This document shows, in pieces, positions 57,153 to 64,000 of a stretch of 64,000 nucleotides of DNA; the first letter of the stretch is position 1; every line of letters starts with the position of its first letter. The DNA comes from Pseudomonadota bacterium (GTDB lineage: Bacteria; Pseudomonadota; Gammaproteobacteria; Acidiferrobacterales; Acidiferrobacteraceae): contig JAJYPD010000007.1 in the NCBI GenBank assembly GCA_021795715.1, forward strand, positions 8,956 through 72,955, given 5' to 3'. The position numbers were made by a program, and so were the translations under genes. Below the pieces are notes generated by a model. That model was not told where the DNA came from and made no database searches. It was given only the letters and a program-made list of their open reading frames with translations.

Positions 57153-59627
57153 GTGGTGGCGAGTATTGAAATTGGCATTGAGGGTATGACCTGCGCCAGT
57201 TGCACGGCGCGGGTCGAGCGCGGCCTGAAGCGGGTTGCCGGCGTCAGCAGCGCCACTGTGAATCTGGCGACCGAACGCGCCCATGTCGAGTTCGCCTCCC
57301 CCGCCACCGTCAAGGATCTGCTCGAATCCGTGAGACAAAGCGGTTATGTCCCGATCACCGAGACCGTGGTTCTGGCGGTCGAGGGTATGACCTGCGCAAG
57401 CTGTGTTGCGCGTATCGAGCGGGCGCTACGCGCCCTTCCGGGCGTGACCGATGTCTACATCAATCTGGCAACCGAAGAGGCGCGCGTGAGCTACCTGCCG
57501 CCCCTGGTGGACGTGCCGGATTTCGTCCGGGCCATTACAGCGGCCGGCTATGCCGCGAGCCCCCTTCCCTCCGCCGCCGAAAAGGATCGCCAGCGTGACA
57601 GCGCGCGCAGGCGGCTTGGTGTCGATGTATGGATCGCGGTGGGGCTTACCATTCCCGTGTTCGTGATCGCCATGGGCGGCGCGTTCGTGCCGGCTTTTTC
57701 CGCGGCCCTCAAGAGTGTGGCGCCCTGGCAAGGATTCTGGGACATGTGTCAGTGGCTGCTGGCGTCAGTGGTCTTGTTCGTACCGGGTCGGCGTTTCTTC
57801 CGGCCGGGCTTCATCGCCTATCGGCACGGCAGTCCGGACATGAACAGTCTGGTCATGACGGGCACGGGTGCGGCTTATCTTTACAGCACGGTCGTCACCT
57901 TTTTGCCGTTTTGGGTGCCGGCGGTCGATCGGCACACCTATTTCGATTCGGCGGCGGTCGTGATCACCGTCATCCTGATAGGCAAATATCTCGAGGAGCG
58001 CGCCAAAGGGCGGGCCGGTGAGGCGATGCGCCACCTGCTCAAGCTGCAGGCGCCGGATGCGCACCGAGTGGGGGCAAACGGAGAAGAGACGGTCGCGATC
58101 GGGACAGTGTCTGTCAACGATCGTCTGGCCATCTATCCCGGAGAACGCATTCCGGCTGATGGCGTCGTGGAAGAGGGTGCGAGCGAGGTCGACGAATCCA
58201 TGCTCACGGGCGAACCGCTTCCGGTGGCAAAGCATGTTGGTGATGATGTGGTCGGCGGCACCATCAATCATCATGGCCGTCTGATCGTGCGCGTCAAGCA
58301 TGCGGGCCGCGATAGCGTGCTTGCGCGTATCGTCCAGCTGGTGGAATCGGCGCAAGGCAGCAAGCTGCCCATCCAGGGCCTTGCGGATCGCGTGGTGCGT
58401 ATTTTCACGCCGGTGGTTCTGGCCATCGCGATCATCACGTTTACCCTGTGGTGGCTTCTGGGCGCCCCCCCTGCCCTCACGACTGCGCTCGTCAGCGCCG
58501 TAGCCGTGCTTGTGGTGGCCTGTCCTTGCGCCATGGGCCTGGCAACGCCGGCCGCGATCATGGTCGGCAGCGGCCGCGCCGCGGAACTTGGTGTGCTCTT
58601 CCGGGAGGGCGTATCACTGGAAACCTTGAGTCATGTCGACACTGTTGCGTTCGACAAGACCGGGACATTGACGATCGGTCGACCGCAGGTGGTTGCGACC
58701 GAACCGTCGGCTGAGGCGAACACGATCCTCATGTGGGCCGCAGCTGTCGAGCAGGCCAGCGAACACCCCCTGGGTCAGGCGATCGTGGCCCATGCCCGCG
58801 GTATCGGGCTTGCGATCCCGCCGGTGCACGATGCGGCGGCACAACCCGGAGCGGGCATGACCGGACGTGTCGACCACGTGCCGGTGGTGGCCGGGACGGC
58901 CGAATTGCTGGAGGGGCACGGATTTGGCGTGGCACCATGGCGGGCGCAAGCGCGCGCTCTCGAGCACGCCGGGCATACCGTGATCTATGTCGGTCGGGGT
59001 GATACCGTCTTGGGTCTCGTCGCGTTGGCTGATGTGGTGCGGCCGGAGGCCCGGCAAACCGTCGAATCCCTGCAGCACCTGGGTCTGCGGGTCGGCATGA
59101 TCACGGGGGATAACCGGAATACGGCCGAGGCGGTCGGTAAAAGTCTCGGTGTCGATTGGATCGAGGCCCAAGTGAAGCCGGATGGCAAAGCGGCGCTGAT
59201 TGCCGCAATGCAGAAACAAGGTCGACGCGTGGCGTTTGTTGGCGATGGCATCAATGATGCCCCGGCGCTCGCGCAGTCGGATGTGGGGCTTGCCATCGGC
59301 TCAGGCACGGACATTGCCATGGAGGCTGCGGCTGTGGTCCTAAACCGCCGTCATCTGAGCGCGGTCGTCGACGCGGTGCGTCTGTCACGGCGCACGATGC
59401 GCGTGATTCGCGGCAACCTGTTCTGGGCGTTTTTTTACAATATCACACTGATTCCGCTGGCAGCCGGAGTATTCTACGCGGATTTCGGGTTGCGCCTGAA
59501 TCCCATGCTGGCGGGTGCCGCGATGGGATTGTCGAGCGTGTTCGTGGTCGGCAACAGTCTGCGTTTGCGGCGGCTGATGCCAAGCGTTCAGGACCGGGTG
59601 GGCGCCCACGCGCATCCCGCGTCGTGA
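57153..59627 (+). CDS. copA: Copper-translocating P1B-type ATPase
   Basis: Two N-terminal HMA domains (GMTCASC twice), TGEP, CPC in [20 protein letters not shown], and [10 protein letters not shown]. Confidence 0.95.
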   Translation: MVASIEIGIEGMTCASCTARVERGLKRVAGVSSATVNLATERAHVEFASPATVKDLLESVRQSGYVPITETVVLAVEGMTCASCVARIERALRALPGVTDVYINLATEEARVSYLPPLVDVPDFVRAITAAGYAASPLPSAAEKDRQRDSARRRLGVDVWIAVGLTIPVFVIAMGGAFVPAFSAALKSVAPWQGFWDMCQWLLASVVLFVPGRRFFRPGFIAYRHGSPDMNSLVMTGTGAAYLYSTVVTFLPFWVPAVDRHTYFDSAAVVITVILIGKYLEERAKGRAGEAMRHLLKLQAPDAHRVGANGEETVAIGTVSVNDRLAIYPGERIPADGVVEEGASEVDESMLTGEPLPVAKHVGDDVVGGTINHHGRLIVRVKHAGRDSVLARIVQLVESAQGSKLPIQGLADRVVRIFTPVVLAIAIITFTLWWLLGAPPALTTALVSAVAVLVVACPCAMGLATPAAIMVGSGRAAELGVLFREGVSLETLSHVDTVAFDKTGTLTIGRPQVVATEPSAEANTILMWAAAVEQASEHPLGQAIVAHARGIGLAIPPVHDAAAQPGAGMTGRVDHVPVVAGTAELLEGHGFGVAPWRAQARALEHAGHTVIYVGRGDTVLGLVALADVVRPEARQTVESLQHLGLRVGMITGDNRNTAEAVGKSLGVDWIEAQVKPDGKAALIAAMQKQGRRVAFVGDGINDAPALAQSDVGLAIGSGTDIAMEAAAVVLNRRHLSAVVDAVRLSRRTMRVIRGNLFWAFFYNITLIPLAAGVFYADFGLRLNPMLAGAAMGLSSVFVVGNSLRLRRLMPSVQDRVGAHAHPAS

Positions 59628-59665
59628 CAGGATTTGTCGCAGACACTCAGATGGAGAGTAGCAGC

Positions 59666-59872
59666 ATGGCCAATACAGTGACATTGTCGGTGACCGGGAT
59701 GACATGCAACCACTGCGTGGCGGCGGTGACACGCGCCCTGAAGGCGGTTCCCGGGGTGACCGCAGCGGATGTGAGTCTCGAGAAGAAACAGGCGGTAATC
59801 CAGGGCCAGGCCGATGTCGGCGTACTGATTGCGGCCGTGAAGGAAGAAGGTTACGAAGCCAAAAGGATGTGA
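59666..59872 (+). CDS. copZ: CopZ-like heavy-metal-associated copper chaperone
   Basis: VTLSVTGMTCNHCVAAVTRAL HMA fold. GGAGAG lies 7 nt upstream of the ATG at 59666. Confidence 0.85.
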   Translation: MANTVTLSVTGMTCNHCVAAVTRALKAVPGVTAADVSLEKKQAVIQGQADVGVLIAAVKEEGYEAKRM

Positions 59873-60114
59873 AGCGCCTTCAGTTGTATGTGAGCCCCGG
59901 GTGCCCGGATTGCGCGGCACTCAAATCCTGGCTGACTGCCCGTGCGATTCTCTGGGAAGAGCATGATCTCAGCCAGCCTGGGGTTGCGGACGACGCGAAG
60001 CGGCGGTTGGGCGTACGAGTGGCCCCGATTACCGTCATCGGCGAACATGTCCTGTACGGAACCTTTGCCGAGCAGTTGCCCCGCCTCAAGGCCCTGCTGA
60101 CGACGAAAGATTGA
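59869..60114 (+). CDS. Glutaredoxin/NrdH-like thioredoxin-fold protein (CPDC active site)
   Basis: VKRLQLYVSPGCPDCAALKSWL...VAPITVIGEHVLYG matches the Grx fold, with the cis-Pro region VAPIT. GTG start overlaps the copZ stop (ATGTGA). The upstream part of track ORF 59704-60114 is the copZ alternate frame. Confidence 0.7.
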   Translation: MKRLQLYVSPGCPDCAALKSWLTARAILWEEHDLSQPGVADDAKRRLGVRVAPITVIGEHVLYGTFAEQLPRLKALLTTKD

Positions 60115-60125
60115 GGTTGCAGTAG

Positions 60126-61385
60126 GTGTTCGGAGGTACGGTGCTGCGTCCGCGTCGTCTGTTGTTCAGGTCGCCTGTGCTTTCCCGGCGCGAGGCGCGT
60201 TATCTTGTCATGATCCGCGGCGCGCGCAGCATCGGTCAGGGCGCACTCGCGGTGGATTTTGCCCTCTATCTGCATGCGCTCCATTGGACGGCGCCGCAGA
60301 TTGGCGCGCTTTTTATGGTCGCCCTGCTCGTTTCGGCCCTTGGCGCCCTGATCATTGGTCCTTTGTCCGACAACCGCGGACGCAAGCGTTTCCTGATCGG
60401 TTACGAAATCGTCCAGGTGGCGGCGAGTCTCCTTGCGCTCGCCAGCAGTTCACCGCTGGCGTTGATCGTGGCGGCCATCGCCGGCGGCTTCGGGCATGGC
60501 TTGAATGGCGGTGCCGGGCCGTTTGCCCCGGTCGAACTCGCGTGGTTGTCGACCACTGCCGAAGCCAAGGATCGGGCGGCCTTGTACAGTATTAATACGG
60601 CGGCGGGTTTTTCCGGCATGGCACTTGGTTCCGTGCTCGCGAGTCTTCCTCATTTCTTTGCGATGATCCTTAGTGGGGCAACGAGTTACAGGCCTCTTTT
60701 CGTGTTGGTTCTTATAAGTGCGCTGGTCGGACTGATCCTGCTTGCGCGCCTTCCCGAGCCGACGCGGGAGACAGAGAGCGATACAGATCAGGGTGAGAGT
60801 CACAGCGTGACCCGTACCGAGAACCGGAAGCTGCTTCAGCTTTTGGGGGTCAATGCCTTGAATGGACTTGGTATCGGACTTCTTGGGCCGATGATGGCCT
60901 ATTGGTTTGCGATCCGGTTCCATCACGGGCCTCTTAGCATCGGTCCGGTGATGGGTCTTGCCCTCGTGGTGACGGCTGCCACCTCGCTCATGGTGGGCCG
61001 CCTCACCCATCGGTTCGGTGTCATGCGCTCCATTCTGACCATGCGCTATCTGGGCCTGGTGGTACTGGTGCTGTTGCCGCTCATGCCGACATTCGGGATG
61101 GCAGCCTGTCTCTACATTCTGCGCTCAGCCTTGAATCGAGGCACGGTGGGGGCGCGGCAGGCGCTCAACATCGGTATTGTGCGGGCTCATCGTCGGGGGC
61201 TGGCCGCGAGCCTCAGCAATGCGTCCACACAAGTGCCGCGCGCGCTCGGGCCGGTGGTTGCGGGACTGCTCTATCATGCCGGTTTCCTGACCCTCCCTTT
61301 CTTTATCGCCGGCGGTTTTCAGGCGGCCTATCTGGTCGCCTATGGCCGCCTGTTTGCCGATCATCCCGCAGCACCCGCGTCCTGA
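60126..61385 (+). CDS. MFS transporter
   Basis: 12-TM profile and GPLSDNRGRKRF MFS loop motif. GTG start 11 nt after the Grx-like stop. Confidence 0.75.
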   Translation: MFGGTVLRPRRLLFRSPVLSRREARYLVMIRGARSIGQGALAVDFALYLHALHWTAPQIGALFMVALLVSALGALIIGPLSDNRGRKRFLIGYEIVQVAASLLALASSSPLALIVAAIAGGFGHGLNGGAGPFAPVELAWLSTTAEAKDRAALYSINTAAGFSGMALGSVLASLPHFFAMILSGATSYRPLFVLVLISALVGLILLARLPEPTRETESDTDQGESHSVTRTENRKLLQLLGVNALNGLGIGLLGPMMAYWFAIRFHHGPLSIGPVMGLALVVTAATSLMVGRLTHRFGVMRSILTMRYLGLVVLVLLPLMPTFGMAACLYILRSALNRGTVGARQALNIGIVRAHRRGLAASLSNASTQVPRALGPVVAGLLYHAGFLTLPFFIAGGFQAAYLVAYGRLFADHPAAPAS

Positions 61386-61518
61386 GGAGGCGGCATGTGC
61401 CTTGGCGGCTCCGGGCGGGCTGAACGGAAAATCCTGGGCCGGGATGGCGGGAAACGCCTCGCGAGGGCCGAGGCGGACATCGGGGACGGGGATCTTCGCA
61501 AAATAGAAGGAGGGGCAT

Positions 61519-62907
61519 ATGGAAATGCGGTTTTTCGGCGCCGCCGGCGGGGTCACGGGATCTTGTCACTTTCTGGCTGCTGCGGGCAAAAAAATCCTGG
61601 TGGATTGCGGGATGTTTCAAGGGGAACACAACCTCGACGAGGAAAACCGGGCCGAATTCGGTTTTGACCCGGGCAGCATCGATGTGCTGCTGTTGACTCA
61701 TGCGCACCTTGATCACTGTGGGCGCATCCCCCTTCTGGTCAAGCGGGGTTTCCGGGGGGAAATCATCACCACGGCCGCCACCCGGGAGCTTGCGCGGCTC
61801 GTGCTGCTCGACGCCGCAGGCCTGGCGATGGAAGAAGCACGGCGGGCCGCCCGCTATCGGCAGCGCCGTGGCGCCGAACCGGAGGAGCCTCTTTATGAAA
61901 TTACCGACGTTCTCGACAGCATGGACCGCTTCGGGCGGGTGGCGCGCTATGGAGAACCTCTTGCGGTCGCGCCAGGCATTGCGGCGACTTTCGGTGACGC
62001 AGGGCATATTCTCGGGTCTGCTTGGATCCTGATCGAGGCGCGCGAGAACGACCATGCGCGGCGCATCCTCTATTCCGGTGATCTCGGCAACCGCGGCAAG
62101 CCCATCATCAACCCCCCTACTCCCGCTCCGCAGGCCGATGTCGTGGTCATGGAAACCACGTATGGAGACCGGCTGCACAAGGCTCCGGGTCCGTCCGTGC
62201 AGGAACTTGCCGAAGCGATCACCGCCACGCTAGACCGCAATGGCAATGCCATCATCCCTACCTTCGCACTGGAACGTGCACAGGATCTTCTCTACTACCT
62301 GAGGGAGTTGACGGAAAAGCATGCGCTGCCCGTCAACCTGCCTGTTTTTCTTGATTCGCCCATGGCGATCTCGGCGACGAAGATTTTTCGCCGCCATCCG
62401 GAGTGTTTCAACAACGAGACCCGTCACGACTTTTCCAACGGCCGGGATCCTTTCGCGCTGCGTAATCTGCATTTCACACGCGAGTCGAGTGAATCCATGG
62501 CACTAAACCAGATCAAAAGTGGTGCCGTGATCATGGCCGGTTCCGGCATGGCGACCGGAGGACGCGTCACGCACCACCTGAGACACAATCTCTGGCGGAC
62601 CGATAGCAGCATCATTTTCGTGGGCTACGCAGCCCAAGGGACCCTTGCGCGGCGCATTATTGACGGAGCCACGAAAGTGCGGCTTTTTGGTGAGGACGTG
62701 AGCGTCAAGGCGCACATCCATACCATCGGTGGTTTTTCGGCGCACGCCGATCATGATGAACTGCTGGCGTGGTACGGCACGCACAGACCCGAACATACCT
62801 TTCTGGTCCACGGCGAGGAGAGCGGCCGCCGGGGAGTTGGCAAGATCCTGGAGGGTCGCGGATTGAAGGTGCACATACCGTTCATCGGCGACCGCTTTCC
62901 GCTCTGA
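61519..62907 (+). CDS. MBL-fold beta-CASP family hydrolase (RNA-metabolising metallo-beta-lactamase)
   Basis: GSCHFL..., HxHxDH as THAHLDHCG, ETTYGDR, and C-terminal beta-CASP/RMMBL region GGFSAHADHDEL. Confidence 0.85.
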   Translation: MEMRFFGAAGGVTGSCHFLAAAGKKILVDCGMFQGEHNLDEENRAEFGFDPGSIDVLLLTHAHLDHCGRIPLLVKRGFRGEIITTAATRELARLVLLDAAGLAMEEARRAARYRQRRGAEPEEPLYEITDVLDSMDRFGRVARYGEPLAVAPGIAATFGDAGHILGSAWILIEARENDHARRILYSGDLGNRGKPIINPPTPAPQADVVVMETTYGDRLHKAPGPSVQELAEAITATLDRNGNAIIPTFALERAQDLLYYLRELTEKHALPVNLPVFLDSPMAISATKIFRRHPECFNNETRHDFSNGRDPFALRNLHFTRESSESMALNQIKSGAVIMAGSGMATGGRVTHHLRHNLWRTDSSIIFVGYAAQGTLARRIIDGATKVRLFGEDVSVKAHIHTIGGFSAHADHDELLAWYGTHRPEHTFLVHGEESGRRGVGKILEGRGLKVHIPFIGDRFPL

Positions 62908-63154
62908 AGGCACGAGGAAGTCCGGAGTGGATCCTGAAGTCTTTGCGCCGTGGAGCTTGGCCGTCGTATACAATTCAATACAGTTGCGTACTCGGCGTAC
63001 GACACCCGGACATGCGATATTCGGCATGGGCAGACCGCATCCCTGTCTCGGGGGTGCCCGGCCGTGATGGGGGGGTTTGTTGACACCGGCCCGGGGTGGA
63101 GAAATGATTGAGGCCGGCAAGAGGTATAAACAGGACAGGTAGGGAGATCTTCAC

Positions 63155-63916
63155 ATGAGTCGGCGTATTGTCGCTGTTGTGGCCATGATTTGCGCGCTGT
63201 GGGGTCTTTCGTGGCGTCCGGCGCAGGCATATGTCGGGATATCGATCAGAATGGGCGCGCCGGGATTTCTGTTGTCGTTCGGCCAGAACCTGAATGCTTT
63301 CTATGCGCCGCGGTACAGTACCTATGTGTACATCGACAACGGCCTGTACTACCGCTGGGTGGACGATGGATGGGTTTACTCGCGGATGGTGGAAGGTCCC
63401 TGGTGGCCGTTGGCGCCTGCGGTGTATCTGCCGCCCCTGCTCGCCTATGGGCCGCCGCCCCCGATCGTGGTGTATCGCCCCTACTTTGCGTGGTGGCGGG
63501 CGCGCGTGGCACCATGGTATGCACAGATGCACCCTATCTGGTGGATGCGGCACCGCGGGTTTGTGGCGCATTATGGACTGTGGCGAACACGCATCATTCC
63601 TTTCTACCAAGACCATCCTGGCATTCTCTGGCGCAGGCCCGTGGGCCGCGTGATTTTTACGCGCCCCTTCGTGCAGCGCCAAATGTGGTGGTATACGCTC
63701 CATCATCCGGAGTTTGCAGAACACCACCAGCTCCTGCGCCAGCGCGCGATGCGTTATGCCCGCTTTCATCCCGGTTTTGTCCGGCGCGGGCCATTCATGC
63801 CCGCACGACGCGACCAGCGCTTCAGAGCCGACGAGCCGCGTTTCCGCGGGCGTCCCGATGGAGCGCATGAAGGGTTCCGTGATCGGCGGGATTGGCGCGG
63901 GCGCGGCCGGCACTAG
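63155..63916 (+). CDS. Secreted hypothetical protein, Trp/Arg/Pro-rich, strongly basic
   Basis: Signal peptide MSRRIVAVVAMICALWGLSWRPAQA|YV, then W/Y/R-rich sequence with an Arg-rich tail. No family recognised. Confidence 0.55.
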   Translation: MSRRIVAVVAMICALWGLSWRPAQAYVGISIRMGAPGFLLSFGQNLNAFYAPRYSTYVYIDNGLYYRWVDDGWVYSRMVEGPWWPLAPAVYLPPLLAYGPPPPIVVYRPYFAWWRARVAPWYAQMHPIWWMRHRGFVAHYGLWRTRIIPFYQDHPGILWRRPVGRVIFTRPFVQRQMWWYTLHHPEFAEHHQLLRQRAMRYARFHPGFVRRGPFMPARRDQRFRADEPRFRGRPDGAHEGFRDRRDWRGRGRH

Positions 63917-64000
63917 GCGCGGCCGACGCCGTCACGGGATCTGTGCAGTGCGGGGAGGATTTTGGATCATTTAGGGCCGCACCATGCGCGGGGGGCGGAT

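Noticed and set aside
59704-59868. N-terminal 55 codons of track ORF 59704-60114 as part of a 136-aa protein
   Set aside because: This stretch is the alternate frame of copZ and is Gly/Arg-rich. The HMA-domain frame is clearly the coding one, and only the part from GTG 59869 is kept as the Grx-like gene.

Overview
GC-rich chromosomal window (GC judged by eye, not computed) with gammaproteobacterial-style gene order, from what looks like a chemolithotrophic sulfur oxidiser. All protein calls come from motifs and remembered family sequences; no database search was possible. Layout: (1) 0-34.7 kb is housekeeping: hflKC, hisZ, purA, tRNA-Leu(CAG), rnr, rlmB, rpsF-rpsR-rplI, dnaB-alr-radA, pstSCA with a Pho box, an SDR, a PatB/MalY-type lyase, an orphan merB, maf, a two-subunit biotin carboxylase (pycAB-like), then yceD-rpmF-plsX-fabHDG-acpP-fabF-pabBC-mltG-tmk-holB-pilZ-tatD. 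(2) 34.9-46.8 kb is a complete oxidative-type dsr locus, dsrABEFHCMKLJOPN. (3) 46.8-52.1 kb is the most interesting part. A class-I flavoprotein disulfide reductase overlaps the end of dsrN, where dsrR/dsrS usually sit. It is followed by a NarX/NarL-type two-component system whose sensor has a cysteine-studded GAF domain, and by a convergent cysG. Heptamers TATCCCY in NarL-like 7-2-7 inverted geometry lie upstream of both dsrA and cysG. Together these suggest an undescribed redox and regulatory add-on linking Dsr sulfur oxidation to siroheme supply. (4) 52-64 kb is an accessory transport and metal region: an EamA transporter with a 24-His tail, an MFS, an HPP-like membrane protein, an AT-rich island with a consensus TATAAT and a 41-codon Cys-rich ORF, DUF2892, an unknown gene, copA-copZ, a glutaredoxin-like gene, an MFS, a beta-CASP hydrolase and a secreted Trp/Arg-rich protein. 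I saw no rRNA, CRISPR array, transposase or integrase. Many long ORFs in the track are antisense artefacts of high GC and are rejected.
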